Virus record (IMG/VR): IMGVR_UViG_3300013426_000015
Location: 56,913 to 120,912 of that record
Direction: 5' to 3' (one strand)
DNA from: a virus
Length of the DNA: 64,000 bases
Part shown: piece by piece, positions 1 through 9,339 of the stretch
How the letters are laid out: each line of letters starts with the position of its first letter
Numbering within the stretch: position 1 is the first letter of the stretch
Translations under genes and position numbers: made by a program
Notes under the pieces: generated by a model
What the model saw: only the letters and a program-made list of their open reading frames with translations
Databases searched by the model: none
What the model was told of the DNA's origin: nothing

Positions 1-346
1 TTATAAACAGAATAGAAAAGAAGGAAAGAGTAAAGCTGCTTCTGTTACCGGAGCTGTTGGAGAATTCGCAATAGGCGAACTTATCGGTGGTGGCGCAATG
101 CTCGCTCTTAACCTTGCACAAGCTGTACCACAAATGGCTACAAGTGCAGCAATAGGTATAAACAAAATGAGTAGACAAGAAGCAAGAAAAAGCTATGGCT
201 CAAGTATGCCATTTTATAACGCTTCTTTTAATGACACAAGACAGGCTTATACAATGAGACAAGCTGGTATGCAATTGGCTGAAAACTCTAAGTATAATTT
301 ACAGCAGTCTTTATTGGGGAATGAAGCAGCAATGCTTCATATGTAA
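1..346 (+). CDS. Hypothetical Ala/Gly-rich protein, 5'-truncated (possible internal virion protein)
   Basis: The frame of the listed ORF 98..346 is open back to position 2 (YKQNRKEGKSKAASVTGAVGEF...), so the true start lies upstream of the window. Confidence 0.6.
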   Translation, partial: YKQNRKEGKSKAASVTGAVGEFAIGELIGGGAMLALNLAQAVPQMATSAAIGINKMSRQEARKSYGSSMPFYNASFNDTRQAYTMRQAGMQLAENSKYNLQQSLLGNEAAMLHM

Positions 347-348
347 TC

Positions 349-1026
349 ATGAATTTAGACAATCTTATAAGTTATGCTAATGTCAGAGCATTAACAAGAT
401 CAGAAAAATCTATAAATGCAGAACGCACCTTATTACATAGAATGAGAGAAGGCGTGAATAATGACAGTGTTGGATCAAGTATGTTATCCATGATTCAAAA
501 ATCAACTGGCATACAGTCTGTGCAAACAAAGCAAGAAGCACAGGACATGATTCAAAAAAATGTCAAAACACTGCGTGACAGAAAAATTGCAAAATCGACA
601 AAACACGTTGGATCATCTAATTATGATACATTTGATGGTATCCGCGAACAATTTAAGAAAACGATAAATGTTCCTAATGCAAGTAAATCTATTTATTCTA
701 CATTTATGTCAAGAAATAATGATGCTACATTCAACAGCATGATCAACAAGGCAAAAAGCGATGCGGCAAAAAAAGCTAATGAAGCTACAAGCAATACTGC
801 AAAGAATGTTCTTGCTGATACTAAAATCGCTACGAAAGTTGCTGGTAAAGAAGCCGCAGAAGGAGCCGCCAAAAAAGTCGGTAAATCATTATTAGATAAA
901 GCAGTAGATATGAAGATACCACAAATAGCATTAGGTGTCGGTGTAACAGCTTGGCTTGTAAATAAGCTTTCAGATTCTCGCGGACAGCAATCTAACGCAC
1001 AGCTTTATGGGCAACAAGGATACTAA
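349..1026 (+). CDS. Hypothetical protein, Ala/Lys-rich with a C-terminal hydrophobic segment
   Basis: 225-aa ORF packed tightly between its neighbours; hydrophobic segment IPQIALGVGVTAWLV near the C-terminus. Confidence 0.6.
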   Translation: MNLDNLISYANVRALTRSEKSINAERTLLHRMREGVNNDSVGSSMLSMIQKSTGIQSVQTKQEAQDMIQKNVKTLRDRKIAKSTKHVGSSNYDTFDGIREQFKKTINVPNASKSIYSTFMSRNNDATFNSMINKAKSDAAKKANEATSNTAKNVLADTKIATKVAGKEAAEGAAKKVGKSLLDKAVDMKIPQIALGVGVTAWLVNKLSDSRGQQSNAQLYGQQGY

Positions 1027-1029
1027 TAT

Positions 1030-1239
1030 ATGGCTTTAGATTTAAATAATATCAATAAGAAAGATGCGCAAAAAATAAAAGACATCTTGAAGGATCCGGT
1101 AAAATGGGCGCAAGTATTCGTTATTACTTATGACAGTGCCCAGAAAAAATATGTACCTTGGACCGCAAGATGGTATCAAGCAGAAATGCTTAGAGATAAC
1201 TCTCTTAAAAAAGTTGCACGTTGTGGAAGACGAACGGGT
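1030..1239 (+). CDS. terL: Terminase large subunit, exon 1 (70 codons)
   Basis: Q-motif-like RWYQ and the first part of Walker A (CGRRTG). Joining to 2747 restores GRRTG-KT. Confidence 0.9.
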
Positions 1240-1489
1240 AGAGTTTTGCCCTTATGCCCCGAATTGCTGGAAGTTGCTTAAGCCTGATATACTTAAATTA
1301 TAATAATCTCAAGTAACAATTACCAGGATTGCTTAATCAGCAGCGAAGCATTATAAAATATATAATGTATGCTCAGAGACTACCTACTAAGTAGGCATAT
1401 ATAGTAGTGATATTATATATGGGCGAGGCACTTATAAAATAAATGTATTGAAAGTTATATAAATATTTTATCGCAGAGGTATTTTAGAA

Positions 1490-1963
1490 ATGAAATTTAA
1501 TATTATTCGCGATCTTACAAACGATGTTTATTCAGTAAAAATTATGTTTGATTCTTTTGGCTCAGAAGAGATGTCAAAAGAAGATGAACTTAAGATTCTG
1601 GATGATCATGGTCCTGCCACAATAAATGTTGGCGGTAAGTTCATTGGCAAATATATTAATGGTGAAGTCCAGATTGGCGAACCAACAGAAGAAGAAATTG
1701 ATGCAATCAAACTTGAGCTTGTACGCAATCTTGATACTGTTGAACTCAATGAAGGTATGATCGTCGATTATAAAATAGACGCAAATTCCATTATCATGAC
1801 CGACAAACTCGCAGAAGCCTTTGAAACAAAGAATAAGGTCGCAGAAGCTAAGGCTGAGTTATTTGTCGCAGTCATCAAACAGCGTATTGAAGACGCAGTA
1901 ACTGAGTGGAAAAAATCAGCGAGCGATTTTGATACTTATAATCCAGAAGAATTTGTAGTCTGA
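1490..1963 (+). CDS. Intron-encoded hypothetical protein A (157 aa, acidic, no endonuclease motif)
   Basis: Own SD (AGAGGT) upstream; lies between the arms of intron helix P8. Confidence 0.8.
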   Translation: MKFNIIRDLTNDVYSVKIMFDSFGSEEMSKEDELKILDDHGPATINVGGKFIGKYINGEVQIGEPTEEEIDAIKLELVRNLDTVELNEGMIVDYKIDANSIIMTDKLAEAFETKNKVAEAKAELFVAVIKQRIEDAVTEWKKSASDFDTYNPEEFVV

Positions 1964-2004
1964 TATACTCTTATAATTAAATATAGAGAGGTTACTTTTA
2001 TACA

Positions 2005-2589
2005 ATGCAATTAAGATTTAATAAGACAATCAGAAAGAATATTGTTATTGTCGATTTAGAGGCTATAAAGTTTACTGAATGTGAGATCGAGGCTCTGAGA
2101 CGCTTTGATGCTCCAGTTATTTCAGTGGAAAAAATGTATCCTCTGAACGCGGACAATCCTTCTTTCCCGGTTAAATTCCAGAAAAACCTCCGTCAGTCAT
2201 TCAGAGTCAGAGTTAAATTTGATGGCACCAATGACATTGAAGGTGCTTGCGAAGCTGCTGAAAGTTTCTATGATGATATTCGTGACATTATAGAAGATAC
2301 TTTATACGAACTAACCGATAAGCTTGAAGATTCATTTACTCACGATCTCGGTAGAGGTGTTGAAATAATCAGGTCTGGATCAGAGTCCCTGCCACCTGAT
2401 CAGAAACCTGATGGTAGTGGTTGCTGCCCACCTCAATTTAAACCCGGTAATCATGTTACTGTTCCTGTTCCACCAAAGCCAAATAGTAACAGACCGTGCC
2501 CACCTCCTGCACCTCCAAGACCAATTCCTCCATGTAATTGTGATGACACATCTGTTATCTGGACTGATGGAGACAGTGTACATATCTGA
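2005..2589 (+). CDS. Intron-encoded hypothetical protein B (194 aa, distant paralog of A, Pro/Cys-rich tail)
   Basis: Own SD (AGAGAGG); motif blocks align with protein A; stops just before the P8 3' arm. Confidence 0.8.
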   Translation: MQLRFNKTIRKNIVIVDLEAIKFTECEIEALRRFDAPVISVEKMYPLNADNPSFPVKFQKNLRQSFRVRVKFDGTNDIEGACEAAESFYDDIRDIIEDTLYELTDKLEDSFTHDLGRGVEIIRSGSESLPPDQKPDGSGCCPPQFKPGNHVTVPVPPKPNSNRPCPPPAPPRPIPPCNCDDTSVIWTDGDSVHI

Positions 2590-2746
2590 TATTTCGAAAA
2601 CAACACAAAACTTTCAATACATTATTTTATTTGAAGATATAGTCCGATCATTCAGGGAAAGCCTGAAGAGATAAGCAGAAATGACTTATCCGATATACTC
2701 TACTCTGATTTAACAAGTCAGGGTAGAGTATATTAGTAACAACAAG

Positions 2747-4315
2747 AAAACTGAAACAATGTGCATAGACATGCTGCATAACGTATGCACAAAGCCTAAC
2801 TTTGTGTGTCTTGTGGCAACGCCTTATGAGAACCAGATTCGACTTATTTTTACAAGACTTAAAGAATTAGTCGACAGCTCACCAATGATAAAACAGTCGG
2901 TGATTAAGTGCACATCAAGCCCTTATAACCTGACTATGAATAATAATTCAAGAATACTTGGCTTCACAACTGGCGCGTCCAGCAACAGTGGCGCAGCTTC
3001 TCTTCGTGGTCAGAAATGCGATGCGTTGTATCTTGACGAGATGGACTACATGGGCGACTCAGACTTTGATACTATAGCAACCATAGCGGCAGAACGTCCT
3101 GACATCACCATGTTTATTTCTTCTACGCCAACTGGTGCAAGAAAGAAATTCTATGAGTGCTGTACAGATAAAAGCCTTGGCTATAAAGAATTCCATTTTC
3201 CATCTTCGTGTAATCCTAACTGGTGTCCTGCGATGGAGGCCGAGTTCAGATCACAGCTTTCAGAACAAGGATATGTTCATGAGATTGAAGCTGAATTCGG
3301 ATCAGAAGAAGCCGGAGTATTCAATAAAGACGATATAGATTCAGCGACACAAATGGATTTTTATGCCTATAATAAATTAGACGTATTGCAGGAACGCAGA
3401 TGCAGAGAGAGTAATTGTTTTCCTACAATGCTTATATATGATGAAGACCATCCTGCGCCATTTAATCTATTCAGATGCGTAGGCGTTGACTTCGATAAAT
3501 ATCAGGCATCATCATCCATTATAGTCCTTGATTATATTCCAGAATTCAAATGTTTTAAGGTAGTAAAGCGCGTAGAATTACCTAAAACAGAGTATTCTTA
3601 TGATGCCGCGTTTAACGCTATATTATCTGTTAATCGGATATATAATCCAGCGTGGATATATTGCGACCGTGGCAGTGGAGAATATATTCTTGAAAGACTA
3701 CACATTTATGGTAAAGAACATCCTGAAACGGGATTACATAATAAAGTTAAAGGATGGCAATTTGCAAACACTCTGGATATAGAAGATCCCGTTACTCACG
3801 AAATGCAAAAGAAGCCAATGAAACCCTTTATGGTTAATCAGCTTTCAATTGCATTTGAAAGACACAGAATGGTCTTATCTCCATTTGATGAACTTGTAAG
3901 CAAACAGCTTATAGATTATAGAGTAGAAAGAATAGGTAAAAATAATCAACCTGTATTCTGTTCTGAAAACGAACACTTTGTTGACGCTTTGGGATTAGCA
4001 TTCTTGGCTTTTGTCCTTGAATTTACTGAACTTGTCAATACTGTCAAGGAAGTAGAGAGAATTTCAAAAGTCAATTTTGTAAACAATAACAGAATGGCTT
4101 CTGCGAAATCGATCAACAGTATGTTCAATTCCTTAAAAACTCCTTTCTCAAATGGAAAGGTTCGCAATGACGACGATGATCTTCCTGGAGACAAACCTCC
4201 GAATTATGAAGTTCATCATGGATGGGGCACAGGCAAAAAAGCTTCTGCAAGTTATTCTCAATGGGGTTCGAGAAATATATTTAAATCCCGTTATACTGGC
4301 AGAACATTATGGTAA
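2747..4315 (+). CDS. terL: Terminase large subunit, exon 2 (spliced product about 592 aa)
   Basis: KTET completes Walker A; Walker B LYLDE; motif III SSTP; RNase H-like nuclease residues VGVD, YCD, HFVDAL. Confidence 0.92.
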   Translation, partial: KTETMCIDMLHNVCTKPNFVCLVATPYENQIRLIFTRLKELVDSSPMIKQSVIKCTSSPYNLTMNNNSRILGFTTGASSNSGAASLRGQKCDALYLDEMDYMGDSDFDTIATIAAERPDITMFISSTPTGARKKFYECCTDKSLGYKEFHFPSSCNPNWCPAMEAEFRSQLSEQGYVHEIEAEFGSEEAGVFNKDDIDSATQMDFYAYNKLDVLQERRCRESNCFPTMLIYDEDHPAPFNLFRCVGVDFDKYQASSSIIVLDYIPEFKCFKVVKRVELPKTEYSYDAAFNAILSVNRIYNPAWIYCDRGSGEYILERLHIYGKEHPETGLHNKVKGWQFANTLDIEDPVTHEMQKKPMKPFMVNQLSIAFERHRMVLSPFDELVSKQLIDYRVERIGKNNQPVFCSENEHFVDALGLAFLAFVLEFTELVNTVKEVERISKVNFVNNNRMASAKSINSMFNSLKTPFSNGKVRNDDDDLPGDKPPNYEVHHGWGTGKKASASYSQWGSRNIFKSRYTGRTLW

Positions 4316-4367
4316 TAAATAATTCGTAAATAAGAGTTTTATTCTCCAATTTCTTTTATTTACATGT

Positions 4368-4410
4368 GGATAGTACATTAGTCCCTCTCTCTGATGTACT
4401 ATCCTTTTTT
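4368..4410 (+). terminator. Rho-independent terminator after terL
   Basis: Stem GGATAGTACATTAG / CTGATGTACTATCC followed by T6. Confidence 0.75.
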
Positions 4411-4441
4411 GTTTTATAAGACCATAGAGTAGGATGATGAA

Positions 4442-5416
4442 ATGGCTAACAAACAACAAATAACTTATAAACCCGATTTTGAATATAAGAAAAATTATAA
4501 TACAATCGGAACAATAGAAACTGCTTCAGATACAATTGACGATACGAGTTATGATAATGAAAATCAAATAGACTTATTGACTCTTGATTTTTTGAGAACC
4601 AAAATTCAGAATGTCAAACCACTGCTTATAAATATCCCTACGGAAATATCAAGCATATGTTTTGATATAATAAAAGGTATAGATAATACTTTACCATATA
4701 TAAAAGACCCGGTTTTCGATAACTCTGATTCGTCAAATAATAACTCTGATAATAGTAATAAGAATAATAGTATAAGTACAGATCCCAGATCAAATTTGTC
4801 CAATGGAAAAATTGTTAACCTGCCATCATCGTCATCATTTTCTGGGGCTGCTTATACCGCAAAAAAGAAAAAAGACACAGTACAAAAGAATCTTGTAGAC
4901 GCGTTTGATTATACTGTTCTTACAATATACGATGATTTTCTTGATACAATATCTGAAAAAATCGGAGCATATCAATCCAACTTAGCACTTGGAAATACAT
5001 TTGGATTACAGATGGATATGAGCCAACAATATTCTGAAAATACAAAAAATATAGAAAATGGACTTGAACATATTTCAGATAATATAATCAGGGCGCAGAT
5101 AATATATGATCAAAAAAGCAGATTGCTTTCAAAGCTATTTGATTTTCAGAACTGTATAACTCATTTCAGATCATTGTATTCAGCCAAAGAGTTTTATATA
5201 AGATATAGAGCTGAAAAGGCATATAAAAACAATGCTTCTTCAAAAGATAAATTCATATATGATACTTTACAGGCAACTATAATGTTGTACTATAATAAGT
5301 ATTGTAACTGTGTTTCAAATATATATAAGTATTATGATTCATGTTCAGAGTTAATTGGAGAGTGCCTGAATATGCAATCACAAATATTTGTTTCTCGCAA
5401 AATTTTAAATAAATAA
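4442..5416 (+). CDS. Hypothetical protein (324 aa)
   Basis: Long ORF with an SD-like AGGA upstream; no recognised motif. Confidence 0.65.
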   Translation: MANKQQITYKPDFEYKKNYNTIGTIETASDTIDDTSYDNENQIDLLTLDFLRTKIQNVKPLLINIPTEISSICFDIIKGIDNTLPYIKDPVFDNSDSSNNNSDNSNKNNSISTDPRSNLSNGKIVNLPSSSSFSGAAYTAKKKKDTVQKNLVDAFDYTVLTIYDDFLDTISEKIGAYQSNLALGNTFGLQMDMSQQYSENTKNIENGLEHISDNIIRAQIIYDQKSRLLSKLFDFQNCITHFRSLYSAKEFYIRYRAEKAYKNNASSKDKFIYDTLQATIMLYYNKYCNCVSNIYKYYDSCSELIGECLNMQSQIFVSRKILNK

Positions 5417-5445
5417 GTATTATAAATAGAGAGGAAATATAATAC

Positions 5446-5742
5446 ATGACCATCAAACCATTAAATGATAATATAATTATCGAAGTTAAGGCTGACAAGA
5501 AAGTATCTGATCACAATGGAATTCTTATTGTAAATAAGATAGCAAATAAGGATTCAGATACTGGTATAGTAATCGCCACCGGAGAGGGCAGATTACTTAA
5601 TGATGGTACGATAATAAAACCCAATGTTAAAGTAGGAGACACTGTTATCTTTGAGAGATTAGCTTGTACTGAAATCAGAACAAAAGACGAAGACAATGCT
5701 TATGCTATAATCAAAGAAAATAATATCCTGTGTATCCTTTAA
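5446..5742 (+). CDS. groES: GroES/Cpn10 co-chaperonin
   Basis: IKPLNDNIII, GILI, GIVIATGEG, VKVGDTVIF and IIKENNIL match Cpn10 signature segments. Confidence 0.93.
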   Translation: MTIKPLNDNIIIEVKADKKVSDHNGILIVNKIANKDSDTGIVIATGEGRLLNDGTIIKPNVKVGDTVIFERLACTEIRTKDEDNAYAIIKENNILCIL

Positions 5743-5753
5743 TATAAAATAGA

Positions 5754-7940
5754 ATGGCTAATACGAATCAAAATTTTTTTAACAAGCTTGTAAGTAAATT
5801 TGCTCGTAAAAACAATCTGCCATCCGATTTCAGAGAGATAAGAGAAGTACAGCAATCTGAAAATAAAAATAAGAAAAATTTCTTTGTGAAGCTCATTGGC
5901 TCAATAAAAATGATTCAGCAGCATCGTGGAGAAATTATATCACCAGAATCCGAGTGCAACTTTGACGACATATACAATGCTTATATGTCTGACTCTTATA
6001 TCAATGTAGCTCTTAATAAATATAAGAGTCTTGTCTATAAAGCTGGATACCAATTAAAATCAGAGAATGATCGTGCAATTGAGTACTTAAACAAGAGATT
6101 TAAGATATTCAGTCTTACTACTGGTAAACCAATGGATATTCTGTTCCAAGAAATCAGTGATGATCTCGTAATGTATTCAAATGCATTTATAGTTAAAAAG
6201 AGATCAGATGATATTAACGTGCCGAACATGAAACAAGTAGGCATATTCGGCAAGAAACCAGTAGCTGGTTATTTCAGAATAGATCCTCGTGATATAAGAA
6301 TTGAACTTAATAATCATGGAACCATCAAGAGATATATTTATAATATTGGCGGCGATGAACAATACTTTGATCCTCTTGATATTATCCATATTTATATGGA
6401 TAAGACTGCTGATCATAAATTCGGTACACCGAGAATTGTTGCGGCTCTTGAAGATGTTAAATTATTAAGGCGTATAGAAGGCAATATAGCAGTTCTTATT
6501 TATAGATTTGCAATGCCCATATATCATTGGAAAGTTGGACTTGAAGATGCAGGCAAGGGAGCTACTGAAACTGAAATAAACGATTTAACAGCAAAAGTAG
6601 CTGGTATGGATGTTGATGGATGTATTGTTACCAATGAACGTACAAACGTAAATTCTATCGGTGCTGATGGTGTTGCTCTTGATGCTTCTGGTTATTTATC
6701 TTATTTTGAGAAACGTGTATTTTCTGCCCTAGGAGTCTCTGAGTCTCAGATGGGACGAGGCGGAGCAAAGCAAGATGCGGATTCAATGGAATCTCAGATG
6801 CATGATTATATAAAATACATTCAAAGACACTTGAGTGTATTTATAGAGAACTATATGCTTACTGAACTTCTGCTTGAAGGCGGCTTTGATCCAATATCCA
6901 ATGCTAATGACTATGTGAATTATGCATTTAATGAAATCTCTCTTGATACAAAGATAAAACTTGAGAATCATGAGATGGCTAAGTTCCAGGCAGATCTTAT
7001 TACTTTTTCTGAAGTCAGACATGAGCTTAATAAGAAGGCAGAAGATGTTGATCCTAATGAGTTATATACAAATATGATTACCAATAAGTCTGCTATAGAT
7101 CAAATTAACGCAAAAGCTACGGCAGAAATTAAGGTTGCAAAAGCCACAGCCGGTTTAACATCAAATACTGATAATGCAGCTACTTCTAATACAAATACAA
7201 AATCTGCAAAATCAGTATCTGGAGTAAAAGGAAATGGCACGCAAAAATCTTCTAAAAACTCATCTAATGGAACAATCAAATCAATAAACACTCCATCCAA
7301 CCAACATGGTAAAACTTCTGTAAAAATAAAAGAATCTGCTGACAAAGAAAACTTAAATTCTTTGATTGATAAATACAGCAATATATCCCTTTTATATAAA
7401 AATATAAAAGAAGCTTCAGTAATAAATAAATCAGATTTATCCTTTTCTTTAATAATCTCATTCAATGAATTATTGAGAAATGTTGATAAAATTTTCGCAC
7501 AAAAGTATAGCGATGGTCAAAAGAGATTTATCAATGAATTTAATGATGATAATGACACTGATTTCAATACATCATATTTAATGATAAATAATTATGATCA
7601 ATCACTTGATACAAGCGCGAAAGATACAATTGATACAATCAAATCAACAATCCTGAATAATTATGATGGCGAATCCGAAAAAACAATAACTGAAACATTT
7701 GATAATGAAGAGTATAAAGTATTTTATATGCTTTCTTATTTAGGTGATAAGGCTTATTGGAATGGATATGCAAATGCGGCAAAAGAATTTGGCATCAAAG
7801 AGCTTTTAGTTGATTTTTCTGAAGGCAGTAATGATGTCAAGGAACATGATGGAACAATAGAGTTATCTCATTATTCTATTGATGAAATTCCATCGTATCA
7901 TGCTTTCTGCAAGTGCAAGCTATCATATAACAAAGAGTAA
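5754..7940 (+). CDS. Portal protein with a C-terminal MuF-like extension
   Basis: Position between terminase and protease; portal-like segments DLVMYSNAFI, DIIHI..D...FGTP, SALGVS..MG, EVRHELN; C-terminal PSYHAFCKC. Confidence 0.8.
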   Translation: MANTNQNFFNKLVSKFARKNNLPSDFREIREVQQSENKNKKNFFVKLIGSIKMIQQHRGEIISPESECNFDDIYNAYMSDSYINVALNKYKSLVYKAGYQLKSENDRAIEYLNKRFKIFSLTTGKPMDILFQEISDDLVMYSNAFIVKKRSDDINVPNMKQVGIFGKKPVAGYFRIDPRDIRIELNNHGTIKRYIYNIGGDEQYFDPLDIIHIYMDKTADHKFGTPRIVAALEDVKLLRRIEGNIAVLIYRFAMPIYHWKVGLEDAGKGATETEINDLTAKVAGMDVDGCIVTNERTNVNSIGADGVALDASGYLSYFEKRVFSALGVSESQMGRGGAKQDADSMESQMHDYIKYIQRHLSVFIENYMLTELLLEGGFDPISNANDYVNYAFNEISLDTKIKLENHEMAKFQADLITFSEVRHELNKKAEDVDPNELYTNMITNKSAIDQINAKATAEIKVAKATAGLTSNTDNAATSNTNTKSAKSVSGVKGNGTQKSSKNSSNGTIKSINTPSNQHGKTSVKIKESADKENLNSLIDKYSNISLLYKNIKEASVINKSDLSFSLIISFNELLRNVDKIFAQKYSDGQKRFINEFNDDNDTDFNTSYLMINNYDQSLDTSAKDTIDTIKSTILNNYDGESEKTITETFDNEEYKVFYMLSYLGDKAYWNGYANAAKEFGIKELLVDFSEGSNDVKEHDGTIELSHYSIDEIPSYHAFCKCKLSYNKE

Positions 7941-7942
7941 CA

Positions 7943-9319
7943 ATGATCGATTTAACAGAACAAATAAATCTCGTAGAAAGTTCTGTTGATACATCTGTTA
8001 ATATCGACCCTGATTCTATTATGGTTGACATTGAAGGAATGCACTCCAATATTATAACTGGTAACTATACTATGTATACGCCAGAATCACTTGTTGGCAG
8101 CATTCCTTCATGGACTTCTCCTTATAATAAGCCATGTATTATGCACCATAATGAAAAAGATGGCAAGATAATTGGCAGAATCATAAATGTATCATCTAAA
8201 GAAAAGGATACGAGGTCAAATACTCCAGCACTATTATTTACAATAAATGTGCCTGACGAAGATGGTAAAAAACAAATTCGTGATGGCAGACTTGCAACTG
8301 TTTCTGTAGGCATAAGTGCTTTGGATGTAAGATGCAGCATATGTGGCGAAAACATAGCTGAACATGAATGCGAGCATAAACGTGGTAAGCAATATAATGG
8401 CGAAACATGTTACTGGGAGATACGTTCCTTTAAAGGTAAGGAATTATCTTACGTAATAACTCCATCAGACCCATATGCTCATAATGTAAAGATATATTCT
8501 CCTTCAGACAATAAGAATATAAAGGAACAAGAAGACATGATTATTACAGAAAATTTAGATAATGCAATTTCTAATGAAGAAAAAGTGTTAAATAATACAA
8601 CTGATAACAGTAATAAGTCAATTGAAAATAATGGTACTATTACCAATGTATCAGAATCAGAAGAAAAAGATTCTGCTGTTCAGGAATCTGCTGAAACAAC
8701 AATAGAAACAAAAGAATCTACTGAAACTGAAAATACTGCTGAAACTGCGCCAGAAGCAACAACTGTTACTGAAAATACTGAAGCAACTACACCTGATGGT
8801 GCTGCTACTATAACTGATTGCGATACTCACCCTGAATCTGGCAAAAAGAACAATTTGCTTCTCGATGAAATACTTAAACGATATGCCGATGCTACAGCAG
8901 AATGTGCAAGTTATAAATCTGAATGCAACAATTACAAGAAACAGTTTGATGAATTATCTACATTATATAATGCCTTATCATTAAAGTATAAGGTTCTTAT
9001 GTCTAATGAGATAAATTCGCTCAGAACATCTTGTGGACAAGCAGTTGTTGAAGCAGAAGAACTTTCAAATAGAACTATTGAATCTCTTGAGGATATGCTT
9101 AAAGATATTCGTAGTGATATTGATGCAAAAAAGATCACTGAGCAGCAGAACAAAGACGAAGAAACTAATAAAGACATTACAGAAAATCTTCAGCAAGTTG
9201 AAAGCCCAGTTAATATAATTTCTGATACTGATACGAAAGAGAATACCGTTAATAAGCCAGAGATAAATGTCAAAGAAATGTGGGACAATCTCGGCAATAA
9301 ACTTTTCAACAATTTATAA
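7943..9319 (+). CDS. Prohead protease with an acidic/coiled-coil scaffold-like C-terminus
   Basis: MHHN..IIGRI, TVSVG, CSICG..CEH and ELSYV.TPSD motifs, then an E/T-rich linker and coiled-coil-like region. Confidence 0.85.
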   Translation: MIDLTEQINLVESSVDTSVNIDPDSIMVDIEGMHSNIITGNYTMYTPESLVGSIPSWTSPYNKPCIMHHNEKDGKIIGRIINVSSKEKDTRSNTPALLFTINVPDEDGKKQIRDGRLATVSVGISALDVRCSICGENIAEHECEHKRGKQYNGETCYWEIRSFKGKELSYVITPSDPYAHNVKIYSPSDNKNIKEQEDMIITENLDNAISNEEKVLNNTTDNSNKSIENNGTITNVSESEEKDSAVQESAETTIETKESTETENTAETAPEATTVTENTEATTPDGAATITDCDTHPESGKKNNLLLDEILKRYADATAECASYKSECNNYKKQFDELSTLYNALSLKYKVLMSNEINSLRTSCGQAVVEAEELSNRTIESLEDMLKDIRSDIDAKKITEQQNKDEETNKDITENLQQVESPVNIISDTDTKENTVNKPEINVKEMWDNLGNKLFNNL

Positions 9320-9339
9320 TTTATAGGAGTATAAGTTAA

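Larger units (their letters stand above)
1240..2746 (+). mobile_element. Group I intron (IA-like, with P7.1/P7.2) in terL, carrying two ORFs in the P8 loop
   Basis: Exon ends in U1239, which pairs with G1248 in P1 (GGGU/GCCC). P10: AGUUUU 1242-1247 pairs with exon-2 AAAACU. P element GAATTGCTGGAA 1261-1272, Q AATCAGCAG 1335-1343, R TCAGAGACTA 1373-1382, S AAGATATAGTCC 2634-2645. P7 GACTA/TAGTC, P3 1255-1261/1424-1430, P9 hairpins 2651-2733, terminal G2746. Confidence 0.92.

Noticed and set aside
1030..1281. 83-aa ORF as a stand-alone small terminase or separate gene
   Set aside because: It is terL exon 1 reading 13 codons into the intron; the Walker A motif is complete only after splicing.
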